From Mobula hypostoma (Eukaryota): a DNA stretch of 56,754 nucleotides. Location: positions 26,164,001 through 26,220,754 of the forward strand of contig NC_086109.1 of NCBI RefSeq assembly GCF_963921235.1, written 5' to 3'. The notes below the pieces were generated by a model, which did no database searches, had not been told where the DNA came from, and was given only the letters and a program-made list of their open reading frames with translations. The position numbers were made by a program, and so were the translations under genes. Positions 35,714 through 48,121 of the stretch are shown one piece after another; the first letter of the stretch is position 1; each line of letters starts with the position of its first letter.

Positions 35714-37433
35714 TATGGTTCACAAGGCATGTCCAGCTCATTATATGGTTCACTGTATCCCACCCCAGGTATCTCCTCCACAGTTCTGGGGGTCACACAG
35801 CTGCTGCATACTTTTCCGGTCCACTATTTTAGAACTGATGCATATAATTTCTAGGTATTCTCATTTATTCAGTTACCTATCCCTGCATAAATTGGTCTTG
35901 TGCTGAGCATTAGCCAATTGAAGAGGGTGTTAAATTTCTCCAAGTAGATTTAATTTAAAATGGCATGTGCATTTAAAGAGCAATTGACTGGATGGAATGG
36001 AGTGGATAACAACATTGCTTGTCTTTGATGGGAATGGAAGTGACAGAATGAATAGAGGTGCATAGAATTGATTTTGTAGGCAAGTGACAGAAATCTATGA
36101 CATCTGATAGCTGGAACAGTAGATTAGAAATTGCCTAGGGGTGGCTGTGTTGGCTGGAAAATTTATTCTATTTTGAACTTCATGGGGTAGTGTTGCAGTA
36201 TTGTTCGACACAAATGAGTGCAAATGGATAAGAGTTTGACGCCTTCATAAGATGACCAGAGAGGATTTTATGTCCATTCCACATTTAACGCATTTCTATA
36301 TCTCAGTATGTTGCATATATTTAAAAGCTCATCATACCCATACCATATAAGGATATCACACCTTAAATTGCTAGCCATAGTCAGAACTGAGCGTCTGGTG
36401 GATTGTTGGCTTGGCCATGCTTCTCCTCTTGTGAAAGGCAGCACATGGCATCTTGCTTTATCCTGGCCCTTCCAACAAACAAAACCTATTCCACTGCCAA
36501 AAAATGGATTATCAGCAAAGGGGCTGATTTTCTATTTGGGGGTATGAAAGCTCATTCAGTCAGGGTTGTGACTAAAAGTACATATGATTATTACATGTAT
36601 GGCAAAGCTATGTTTTCTCAGAAAAATTAGAAAATACGGTACTTAGATAGAAATAAAATGGAAAATATGTTTCCCTAGTTTCAAAATTTGTGGCCAAATA
36701 AATGTGCCATCCTCAGTCCGCAGACTTTCTAACTTTTAGGGCAAAAACATATGTCCCTTCCCCCCCCCCCCACCCTTAGCTCCCATGTAGATCTTTGCAT
36801 CACTCTATATATCGCATTTTAGGTAACTAATTCAAATTCCTGAAAAGAACTTGATCTCAATATGGTGAGATATAATGAGTGACAAATCAACAGTCTGTTT
36901 TATATCCTTCCAGGTTTCTGGTTTCATTGAAGCCAAGATCAAAATTAAAAATATGCAAACCTATCTGCCAGTTTTCTATTATTTGCTTCACCCTCTCTCA
37001 CAAAGTCAAAATCAACAGCCATGTGGGCTCATCACATCTATCGAGAAGATTCAAGGTTGCCAGTAGTTGACTTAAATGGTGTATTTGATTCACTCCAGAT
37101 AAAAGTTTTGTATCTGTTTTAAACCTATACTTGCAAATGAGAGTCAGTATTTAAAATATTGCAGCTAATTTTAATTACAAAAATGTAATCATTCAAAAGA
37201 CATGAGAACTTCAGTAAATCTCAGATAATCACAAGATGCTAAGCTTTGATGACTCAATGGTGTTCCTTATTTGTAACTATCTTATTAAGCTATATAGCAG
37301 ATGAGATTCTTGAAATTCACTTTGCCAATAACAGCAACTCGTTGATGCATTTGGCAGGTAAGTATCATCACATGGTCTAATGGTTGTTATATTGTATTAG
37401 TTTAAAGATTCATGTGTTGTATGCTTCTTCTAC

Positions 37434-37550
37434 CTTAGGATTACAGAGGTAAATTCCTTTGCTGGCACTTGCCACAGTTGCAGTTGCATGTAGGCGGTTC
37501 CATGGGTCCTCCTGTTGTGCTAAATGGGTTGGCTTTTGATACTGAAAACT
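37434..37550 (-). CDS. CFAP276: CFAP276 exon 2 (SFQYQKPTHLAQQEDPWNRLHATATVASASKGIYLCNPK)
   Basis: ctttcag acceptor, gtagaa donor, 117 nt phase 0-0; resembles human 'YKNPTHLAQQQEPWSRLNSTPT'. Confidence 0.94.
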
Positions 37551-37694
37551 CTGAAAGAATGCAGAACATTAATAAGATTGCAGTGTTATCCTTTAGCATA
37601 CTTGCTGATAAATATCTAGTGCTGGTATTTTTAAAACTATTATCCTTCAGAACTAGAATCCAGATTTGAAACTGGTTTCGTCAAATTGGAGTAA

Positions 37695-37858
37695 CACACA
37701 AGAGGAACTCAGCAAGTCAGGCAGCACTTTGATGAAGGATTTTGGTCTGAAATGTTGACCGTTCGTTCCTCTCCATAGATGCTGTCTGATTTGCTGAGTT
37801 CCTCCAGCATATTGTGTGTTACCATGGATTTCCTGTATTTGCAGAATCTTTTGTGTCT
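37695..37858. mobile_element. Fold-back Penelope-terminus repeat
   Basis: 'gaggaactcagcaagtcaggcagca' and 'tgctgtctgatttgctgagttcctc' are near reverse complements flanking a decayed hammerhead core. Confidence 0.7.
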
Positions 37859-39051
37859 AATTAGATCAAGTAACATCAGTCTACAAACTATAAAATTACT
37901 TTTGGCATTCTGTCCTTAACCAATCATCTTTTCATGAATTAAAATAAAGGTTAAAACTGATAATGGCTTGACATGTGCACTGTGGACCTCAAAGACTGTT
38001 GTCCACAAAAATCCCACAGTCTCTGTGTTGTGGACTTTCTCCCCATTCAATATCATTTATTGACAGGTATTAATTCACAGGGATCCCAAGCAATTATTAG
38101 TTCTAGAGCTGGCTGGCTATGCAGCCAAACACAATAACAGAGTTTCACAAGTGACAAACCAGTAACGAAAATGTCGAACATTAGCAGATATTTGAAACAC
38201 TTAAATAGCATAAAATAAAATAAATATAACATTAGTGATGATCTTATCACACTGAGTATTTTAAACAACAGCTTGTTTTTATTTTAATGACTATTAAAAT
38301 ATGTATCTTGGGGACTATGATAGACATACATGAAATTAGATTGTTAGGACCAAAGAGCTTGTTTAGTGTGAATTATGCCTTAACACAACTCTTCAAACCC
38401 ATGTTAGAATATTTTCAGAAATTTTAGTGCAGTAGTAGATCCCACATAGGACTTAGACAGAAGTGGATCAAAATAATCCCCAATCCAGAGGAGCCAAAGA
38501 AGTCATAAGCTTTCGCCAAAAGAAAATTATTTCCCTTGAATCTGATGGATAAGTTTGCAAAACAGCATTGCCTTTGGAGGGGGATTCACTGACAATGGCT
38601 GTAGAATTTCTGTGCTAAATCATGCACAAATAGAAATCCCAAAGTTGCTATTATTTTAATAGTGTAAAGATGGAGGATGGCAATAGTTTTGCTGTCATTT
38701 CAAATGCAAGTAGTCTTTGAGTTCTAACCTGTCAAACTGTACATCGACACTTGATAAGTTGCATAGTTTCCAAACTGTACCCTTATTTGAACCTTTCATC
38801 TCTAGTATTTTATATTTTTATTTCAGATTTCCAGCATCTGTAGTGTGTTTAGTGTATCCTTCATTCACTACCTGCAGCAAAGTATCCTTCCTCAATGAAC
38901 AAGCTGGATGTTTATTGTGCATAGGCATTAAAATCTTTCGTAACTTCCTTAGCAATTAAAACTTAGATCTTCAGTCAGTGGAAACAACAGTATACGTGCT
39001 ATCATATTGTTACAGCAGTTTTTTAAAAAAAGCAGTTTAAATTATATTTAA

Positions 39052-39081
39052 TATATCTGCAGAATTCCTGTTGTTTGTGTT
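39052..39081 (+). mobile_element. 30-bp Penelope extreme 3'-end insertion
   Basis: 'atctgcagaattcctgttgtt' is identical to 24490-24510; 16-bp direct repeat tttaaattatatttaa at 39036-39051 and 39082-39097. Confidence 0.75.
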
Positions 39082-40644
39082 TTTAAATTATATTTAAAGT
39101 GTTTTCTAAAGAATAAAATAATACTCGGGACACTTTGGGTGTGGTTAAGTATTTCACTCCATTCCATCTATTTATTGTCAAACTCAGGATGTTTAAGATC
39201 ATGCCCTATTGAAACAATGCCAAGAGAATTAGGTGGGCAGCTACCTTCAAATTTATATTACAACTTTAAGGTAATGTATCCCAAGAATTACGAGTTAATA
39301 TCAAACGAAAACTAGCACTAAGGTTAAAACGCAAGGTAAAGAGAAAAAAAAACCTCACAATTTAAAGAAATGCCTAGAGTTTTAAACAGTAATAGAACGA
39401 TTGTGGAAATTGAAATGAATTAATAAAGCTTTTGCTGCCATTATCATTACAGTTCATTACTCCTCAATATTTATGTAAGCCTAAGAATTGTGTGCAAATG
39501 AAACACAATGATGCACACCAAAATATGGGTGAACACAGAAGGAAGGAAGAACTGGCAAATTTTAATTTATTTATTAAATTTCCTGCCATTATCCAACATT
39601 CCCAACTGCTCTCAAGGAACTGGCATGTGATTTTGATTTGCTGCCACCCTTCTGGTGAAGGTGCTGACAGACGGCCCATTTGAGTTCCAGGATGTAGAGC
39701 CAGGTGATGATGAAGGACCAGACAGTGTGAGTCTTCAGGGAACCCTGCAAACAGTGATATTACATGCGCCTGGTGTTCTTGTCTCTCTGGATCGTAGCGG
39801 GTGTAGGTTTCAGGGGTGCTGTTAGATTAGCCTGGACAAACAGCTGCAGTCCGCTTTGTACTGCAGTCATGGTGCACAAGCAGTAGAGGAAATTGATTTC
39901 ATAGTGGTGTATGGGGAGCCAGTCATATATGCTGCTTTCATACTTTTTCATTGTAGCTGTTTTCATCCAGGCAAGTGGAACAGGTGCCAAGACTGTAGCT
40001 GGGAATAGAACTAAGTTTATGGGCACAGCATGGCTGAGAATAGAGCAGATGTATGACTGGAATGGAAAGAGGAATGGAGTCAACCTTGCAGAAAAAGAAC
40101 CATGAAGAATCTGGTGTGTGGAGCAGAGCCAAATGCCTATATGTGATTGCGATCAAAAGTTAGGGTCCAGAGAATGGCTGGGAGATGGGGGCTTGTGTGT
40201 CAAGAGAAGGAAGTACTTGAATAATAATCTCCTGGATGACAGTTTATAGAATCCCTCCTGTAAATTCACTGGTCCACTTTTACCCATGAATCCTATTGTT
40301 GTCTCAAAATACTTCACCAGATTTTCCTTTCCAAAACCGATTTTAATTCTTTGCAATTATTTGGATTTTCTATGTGCTCAGTAGAGTTCTAAGATCTGTG
40401 AAAGTAGATTGGAGCACTTTCCTCACATAAGTAGGTATCAGGCTAACTTGTGTACAGTTCCCGTGTCTTCTCTCCACTTAATTGACTGTTATTCAATCCA
40501 TGAGGTTCATACTATGATGGTTAAAATCAATGAAACATCCATTTCCAGAGAGGCCTTCATGAATATATAAGATGTAAAGTCAAGCAGCGGTTTCTGGATT
40601 TCTTCCCAGTGTGTTTATACCATATGAACCTTAATTTCTTCAAA

Positions 40645-41331
40645 ATTAGATTAGATTATTAGATTATGAGGACAGGCAGTCCTCTTTTATTGTCATTTAG
40701 TAATGCATGCATTAAGAACTGATACAATGTTCTTCCGGTGTGGTATCACAGAAACACAAGACAGACCAAGACTGAAAAACTGACAAAAAACACATCATTA
40801 TAACATATAGTTATAACAGTGCAAGCAATACCGTAACTTGATGAAGAACAGGCCATGGGCACGGTAAAAAAAGTTCAAAGTCTCTCAAAAGTCCCATCAT
40901 CTCACGCAGACAGGAGAAGGAAGAAAACTCTCCCTGCCATGCTTCCAGCGCCGCAAACTTGCCGATGCAGCATCCTGGAAGCACCCGACCACAGTCCAAC
41001 TCTGAGTCGTCCGAAAACTTCGAGCCTCCAACCAGCCCTCCGACACCGAGCACTGAGCACCATCTCTGCTGAGCGCTTTGACCCCAGCCCCGGTCGCCAG
41101 CAACAGGCAAATCGAGGATTTGGGGCCTACCCTCCGGAGATTCTCGATCGCACAGTAGCAGCGGCAGCGAAGCCGGGCATTTCAGAAATTTCTCCAGCTA
41201 TTCCTCCGTGCTTCTCATGTCTGTCTCCATCAAATCAGAATTGTGCACGGTCCCCTATTCAATAAATACGATATAATTTTCACCAGAGAGGCCTTGCGTG
41301 CTGTGTCGCGCCGCCATCTTATCCTCCTGCC
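40645..41331 (-). mobile_element. Apparently full-length non-autonomous retroelement (~690 bp)
   Basis: 5' head with AAGATGGCGGCG, CpG-rich body, AATAAA then (TCTAA)n tail; two more copies in the window. Confidence 0.75.
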
Positions 41332-41514
41332 TCACTCTGATTAGATATTTGATTCCCCATTCTTTCCAAATGTATTTTGGTATCTTCTAAGATGATGGAT
41401 TCAAAATAGTTATTAATTTTCTGAAGATTTTCTTCTCCCCTTTGTAATTTCCCTATCTATGCTTGTAATAAACCAACATTTTGTTATTACTAATCTCTAA
41501 TTTCATTGTTCAGA

Positions 41515-42080
41515 GAATAAGAGAATCAAAAGAAGAGAGAGGAAATGAGACAGAGAGAAAGGAACTGACAGGGAAGGAAGAGAGAGTAAAAAAATGCAAA
41601 ACTAAGACAGAGAAAGTGCTTCAAAATAAAGGGAAAGAGAGCTAGTAAAGGACATTATGAAACTAGGAGAGAAATTTTCAGACAGTGGGATGAGGGGCAT
41701 TCTGGAGAGATAGAGACAAACAAATTAAGGAGGGATAGAGTTACTTGGGAATGAGGAAGAGAGCAACAGAAAGGTAGAAATAGGAAGAGCTTTAGAGCAA
41801 GGTATGAGAAATGCATTTAGTGTGGCTGGGGAAGATGCAGACCCAGAGAGGAGTGGAACAAAAGGGTAAACAGAAAAGCAGAGAAAGAGAGGGGACATGA
41901 GATGATGAGGGAAGAGAAAGGAAACGAGTGCAACAAACGTGGAAACACAGAGAAGGATAGAGGGTGAGAAAGAGTGTATGCTTTAAGGGGTGTGTGTGTA
42001 AAATCAGAGAACGTCACAAAGTTTGCAATTGAGAAGTAAACGATAAAAAGAGAGAGAGAGCAGAAGCTAATAAAAAAAAT
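41515..42080 (+). repeat. Purine-rich low-complexity tract
   Basis: Strong G/A skew without a fixed period. Confidence 0.7.
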
Positions 42081-42369
42081 GCAACAGTTTTCACTACTTG
42101 ATACGGTTCCAGTTTTGAAGGCTTTTTGCAAAGTGGCTTTGCTTGAAAAATAATGAAGATCATCACTCTATACTGTGGAGTAATAATTAATGGAAGGAAA
42201 TTTAAGTTGGTTAATTACCTCAGCCATATGACCACACTGCTGGAGTTCATCAGAGAGTCCTAGACCCAAGCATTTAAACTGTTTCATCACTGGTGCACAC
42301 CGATGTGAAATTTTATATTGAGTTCACTGATCCTCAGTTACTGAGGTAGAACAAGTCTGAAGTACACAG

Positions 42370-42770
42370 TGGCAGGTGGTAGTTGAAACCAAGAGAAGGG
42401 GAGGGGTGAAGTAAATAGCTGGGAAATTGACTGGTGAAAGAGATAAAGAGCTGGAGAAGGGGGGAATCTGATAGGAGAGGAGAGAAGACCATGGAAGAAA
42501 GGGAAGGAGGAGGAGCACCAGAGGGAGGTGATGGGCAGGTGAGAGGGAGCAGGAATGGGGAACGGTGAAGGAGGGGAATTATCACAAGTTTGAGAAATCA
42601 ATGTTCGCGCCATCAGGTTGGAGGCTCCCCAGACAGAATAAAAGGTGTTGCTCCTCCCACCAGAGTGTGGCCTCATTATGGCAGTAGAGGAGGTCATGGA
42701 CTGACATGTCAGAATGGGAATGGGAAGTAGAATTGAAATGGGTGGCCACCGGGAAATTTCACTCTTTCTG
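42370..42770 (-). mobile_element. Penelope-like fragment (GIY-YIG C-terminus + pyrimidine-rich 3' UTR)
   Basis: Similar to 23900-24350 ('VATHFNSTSHSHSDMS...GSLQPDG'). Confidence 0.8.
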
Positions 42771-43909
42771 TTATGTATAGTTTTTCATAAAATTCTATTG
42801 TATTTCTGTTTTCCGGGAAATGCCTGCAAGAAAATGAATCTCAAGGTAGTATATGGCAATATATACATACTTTGATAATAAACATACCTTGAACTGTGAG
42901 ATGTTTAACTAGACCATTAACATAAGCAACTAGCAACACCAACCAAATGGCATTAACTCTTGAGGGGAATAGTTGGTGAAAGAGATAAAGAGCTGGAGAA
43001 GGGGGAATCTGATAGGAGAGGAGACCATGGAAGAAAGGGAAGGAGGATGAGGAACAGTTACTGTTTCAGAACAAGACCCTGCAGAAAGCCCAAAATATTG
43101 ACTATTTATTGCCCACCATAGATGCTGCCTGACCTGCTGAGTTCTTCCAGCATTTTCTGTGTGTTCCTCAAGATTTCTAGCATCATAAATAACTAGATCA
43201 TTCACATAAATACTGTGTGTACCACCTGCAAAATGCAGCGTAACAATCAACCAGTACTTTGCTGACAGCACAACTCAAATTGGTGACCTCTCCACTTAGC
43301 AGGATCAAGCACACAGGGATGTCATTAAGGGGTGTCCTTGTAATGAAACATCTCCTAGGAATGTATCACCAGTGCTTCATCATTACAAGATCTAAATACT
43401 AGTATTGTGGTGGGGGGGCAATATTCCCTCCTGCAAAGGTTCAAGAAAGAGGGTCACCACCACCTTCTCAAGGACAACCAGGGATGGGCAATAAATGCTA
43501 GAGACACACAAATCCTGCATGATAAATAGCTGAAAAAGGGAGATTAAGGAAGTATTCCAGAGTGATATTCAATTTTTACTTAGACTAGAGCTTCATGAGG
43601 TGTTAATTGCCGAAAAGAAAACTACCTGTCACAGAAGAGGGAACAAAAAGAAAGCTAAGGGATGAATGAAATATACAGTTTGAGGTCAAGGAAGAAACCA
43701 CAAGAATAAAAGAACCTGTTGGGAGTTGGTTCTGGATCCCAAGAGAGGGAATTTGTAGAATGCCTACAAGATGCCTTGTTAGAGCAGCTTGTGGTTGAGC
43801 CCACCAATGGAAAGGCATTTCTGGATTGCCTGTTGTGTAAGGAATGAGATTTGATTAGGAAGCTTAGGTGACCTAAGTAAAGTGATATAGAGAGGATGTT
43901 TCCTATGCA

Positions 43910-44515
43910 TGAGAGAGTCTGCAGGTACTGGAAATCCATAGCAACACACACAAAATGCTGGAGGAACTCAGCAGGTCAGGCAGCATCTATGGAAATGAAT
44001 AAACAGTCAACGTTTCTGGCTGAGACCCTTCTTCAGGACTGGAAAGGAAGGGAGATTATGCCAGGATAAAAAAAGTGTGGTAAGGGGAAAGAGGATAGCT
44101 AGAAGATGAAGCCAAGTGGGTAGGAAAGGTAAAGGGATGGAGAGGAAGGAATCTGATAGAAGAGGGGTGTGGACCACAGGAGAAAGGGAATGAGGAGCGA
44201 CTCAGGGAGAGGTGATAGGAAAGTGAGAAGAGGTTAAGAGGCCAAAGTGGGGAATAGAAGAGGTGAGGGGAGAGAAATGTTTTACCAAAAAGAGAAATCA
44301 ATATTCATGCCATCAGGTTGGAGGCTACCCAGAGGGAATATAAGGTGTTGCTCCTCCAATCCCAGAGTGGCCTCATCATGGAAAAGTGGAGGCCACGGAC
44401 CGACATGTCGGAATGGAAATGGGAATTGGAAATAAAATGTTTGGTCACTGGGAAGTATCCCCTTTGGCAGTTGGAGCAGAGGTGCTCGACGAAGCGGTCC
44501 CCCAACTTACGACAG
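43910..44515 (-). mobile_element. Penelope-like fragment with 3' terminus
   Basis: ORF 44305-44505 'LGDRFVEHL...KHFISNSHFHSDMS'; terminus at 43910-44040. Confidence 0.82.
44005..44040 (-). ncRNA. Hammerhead ribozyme-like motif with core intact
   Basis: AGUC-CUGAAGA-agggucucagcca-GAAA-C-GUU-GACU; stem II weakened. Confidence 0.55.
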
Positions 44516-44746
44516 GTCCTCTTCTTTTCTTCTTCTATTTCCCACTGTGGCTTCTTACCATTTTTCCCTGCCTACCACCCCCCCCCCCACCCCATCCCTT
44601 CCTTTGAGTCTGCTCTGTCATGGCTGATCTACTCAATGCACCATTTTCCTTTCATTGATTCCTTTAATATCTAGAAAAGTCATTTTTGAGGAAGCACAAT
44701 AACTGAGCCTCCCAGTTAAAGGGTGTCAAAGTTTAACCACTCTCTG

Positions 44747-47700
44747 CAGGGCCAGACTTTAGGCAGGACTAGGCTGGGCTGCAGTCCAGGGGCCAGAGCT
44801 GCACAGGGGCCCAAAATAGGTAGCTATCATCATGGCGGCCAAAAAAAAATGCGAGAATTGAGCACAGAAAAGAAAAAAGAAACAAGAAAAAGAGGACCGT
44901 GAGAAAGAAGCATTAAAAAAGACATTGAAATTGACAGAATTTTTTAAACCTGTTCTTGATGATGCAGCATTACCATCGCTCTTGTCACAGTCTGAGACCG
45001 GTGGACAAATGGAGACTTGTTCAACAGCTAGTGCTAGCACCAGCATTAGCACAGGACCACCATCCTGGCCACAGTCAGCAGCTAATGTTGAAGAGGCAGA
45101 GTGCATGACTTTGGGATTCCCAACAGAGGCCTCCGGACAACCAAGTTGGGTCGCCATTAATGTTAACGTTACCGCTACTGAGGATCCTCACAGCACTGAT
45201 CCTGTTCGCTGGGGAAAAGAAACGTCAGTCCGAGCATACTGAGCTAAGAAAGGGCCAGAGTCCTGCCAGAATAAGGATGTGAAGATCAAAGCTTTGGAAA
45301 GAGTATACAAAGAGCAGAGACATTTTTTTCTCCAAATTTCACTTCAAACGCAAGCTCGTAAATGGTGAGTACATATCAAGGAAATGGCTCTTATATTCCC
45401 CTTCCGCTGGCTGCGTGTTTTGTTTTGCCTGCTGCATCTTCAGTGATGGTAACTGTTAGTCCATCTTCGAAACTGGCTTTAGCGACTGGAAGCATGCCAC
45501 TGAGTGCATAAGAGAGCATGAAAATAGCGAACATCACAGGAAAACGATACTGACCGACGTTACACTAGCGTCTGACAGCGGTAGATACAGAACTGCAAAA
45601 ACAGTTCACGTCAGAGTGTGTCTACTGGACCGACGTATTGAGAAGAGTAGTGGCGGTTGTGAAGTTTTTGGTCAAGAGGGGACTGGCTATCCGAAGCTCA
45701 AGTGACATATTTGGCAGGCCTGATAACGACAACTACATGCGCATTCTAGAGGTATTAAGTGAGTTTGACCCATTTTTGAAGGCGCACATACAGAAATTTG
45801 GAAATGCAGGATCAAGCACCCCTTCATATCTTTTACCTAAAACATGTGAGGAATTTACTGAGCTCATGAGTGATGGGGTTTCTGTCAGAGATCGTCAGTG
45901 AAGTCAAAATGGCCAAATACTTTTCTATTAGCATCGATTCAAGCACAGATATTGCACACATAGATCAGCTCACATTCATTTTACGTTATGTGTCAACTGA
46001 TGGAAACATTCAGGAGCAATTCTTACAATTTCTACCCATTGAGAGCCACACAGGGGAGGCTTTGTGTGTGTCTGTGTTCAAAGTTTTAGGAGAGATGAAT
46101 ATTGACATAAGCAACTGCAGGGGGCAGTGTTGTGACAATGCTGCAAATATATCCGGTGCATACAAAGGCTTACAATCCCACATCAAGGAAATCAATCCAC
46201 TTGCTGAGTGGGTTCCATGTGCAGCACACACATTGAATCTCCTTGGAACCAACAGTGTCAACTGTTGTGTTGAAACAGCTGATTTTTTCATCTTCGTGCA
46301 GAATGTGTTGAACTTCTGCTCCAAGTCAACTTCTCGGTGGGAGGCGGTGACCGCAGGACTTCAGCCTAATGCGAACAAGCGCATTGAAACTCTGAAGTCT
46401 CTCTCTAATACAAGATGGGCTGCACATGCAGAAGCCACACAGGCAGTGTGCGGAAATTATGCCAATATTCAAGATTCGTTAAAGAGCATTGCAGATGACA
46501 TTAATCAGAATGTGGCAACTAGGAATGAAGCAAGGTCACTATACAAAAAAACGGACAAGCTTGAGGTAGCTTTTCTGAGCAAACTGGGGCATTGCATTCT
46601 TCAGCGCTTTGAAAATGCAAGTGTTGCATCGCAAGCTGTAAATCTAGACCTGTGTAATGCTGTGGATTTGGTGAGATCACTACGGGGATACATAGCAAGC
46701 TTACGTGATCAATCTGATACTTTTGAGACCCAAGCTAAAACTATGTCTCCAACAGTCTCACAAGTGTACAAAGAAGGCACCCAACTACAAAGAAGGCACC
46801 CAACGACAAAGAAAATATACAGCCTTTCTGGGTGAATCCACAACACCTGATGTTGGCTTGTCAGCCAGAGAAAAATTCTCAGCTACTGTTTTTTTGGTCG
46901 TGATGGATAGATTACTTGCAGAAATTGATTGCGGATTTGCATCATATAATGACCTTAACAACACATTGAGCATCCTAAACAATACCCCTTCTCTCTCTGT
47001 ACAAGATCTGCGCAAGAAAGCATCTGATCTCCAAGGCAGATATTCAGCTGACCTGGAGTTAGACTCTGTGGAGGAGATTGTCCATTTCAGGGAATTTGTA
47101 AGCGGCAAAGATACTTAATCCACAACAGAGCTTTCATGCTTCCTCAGAGAAAAAAAACTTGCAGGTCTTCTTCCCAAATGCAAGCATTGCTTTGAGGCTT
47201 TACCTGACTCTCCCTGTCACAAATGCAAATTGTGAGCAATCTTTCTCCAAGCTCAAGCTAGTGAAGAATAGGCTCAGATCCACAGTGGGACAGGACAGGC
47301 TGAATCATCTTACTCTGATGTCACTTGAAAGTGATCTTGTCGGAAACTGAATTTTGGTGACCTGATCAAAGACTTTGCTGCAAAGAAATCCAGAAGAACT
47401 AGGCTTTAATTTTGAAAAACAAGCAGCTGACTTTGTAAATATCTAGGCTTGTGTGTCAGTGCTGTTCCTGTTTTTGCGGCAATGCTAATAGTTGACTGCT
47501 TACCAACCTAGTAAGTAATAAGTGATCTTTACTCTGCAAGCAACACAGCACAGCAATAGGTTAGTATGTGCTAGATCACATTTTTCAAAAAGATTGTTGG
47601 AGTACTGGCAAGTTTCCTAGTTTGCTATAGTGCCATCTCTCTTGGCCTTTTTGTCTCCCGTTTCCATTTTACTTTCTCAGAACACACAGTTGAGAAAAAT

Positions 47701-48121
47701 ACCGAGATAAAAATGCTCTGGCATTGTTTGAGAAGTAAGGCCTATGGTATGTGCAGCAACAGCTAAATAAAGATTTAAGATTGGGTACGTCATACTTCGT
47801 CTCCCTCATAACTTTACTAAGCCAACTAAGCCTAGGTCAATTTTTGAGTGCTTTAGATGCTGTCCTTCAAACTAAGAATCTGCATTACTTTCTGTCCTCC
47901 CTCTTAAGGCCTGTAAGTTTATAGCCTACGTATTGTACTAAACCAATGTCTTGGTCCACAGCTTTGATATTTAGACCAGTACGACCTTTGCTCTCGATCT
48001 TGCCTTTTTTTTTGCTTTGCACAGCAGCATTTAACAGTGTCGGCAGGGGCCCCGTCCCCACTAAATCCAGCCCAGGGGCCCATAAGTGCCTCCAGCCCCG
48101 GCCCTACTAAATCCGGCCCTG
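44747..48121 (+). mobile_element. Full-length hAT DNA transposon, inactivated
   Basis: Imperfect TIRs CAGGGCCAGACTTTA / TAAATCCGGCCCTG; 8-bp TSD actctctg (44739-44746) / gctctctg (48122-48129). Confidence 0.92.
44832..47409 (+). pseudogene. hAT transposase (ZMYM1-like, DUF4371 + hATC dimerisation), frameshifted
   Basis: 'WLLYSPSAGCVFCFAC', 'GFSDWKH', 'YFSISIDSSTD', 'GQCCDNA', 'PCAAHTLNL', 'LSNTRW', 'LPVTNANCEQSFSKLKLVKNRLRSTVGQDRL'; several stops and frameshifts. Confidence 0.88.

Noticed and set aside
37340-37455. Plus-strand splice-like signals (CAG|gtaagt, ttag|GATTACAGAG|gtaaat)
   Set aside because: No coherent plus-strand gene; the segment overlaps the antisense of CFAP276 exon 2.
38470-38530. 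Minus-strand 'YFDP' as CFAP276 exon 2
   Set aside because: Upstream residues do not match; the true exon is 37434-37550.
45870-46835. 321-aa ORF as a host ZMYM1-like gene
   Set aside because: Lies within TIRs and a TSD, and flanking parts are frameshifted; it is a decayed transposase.
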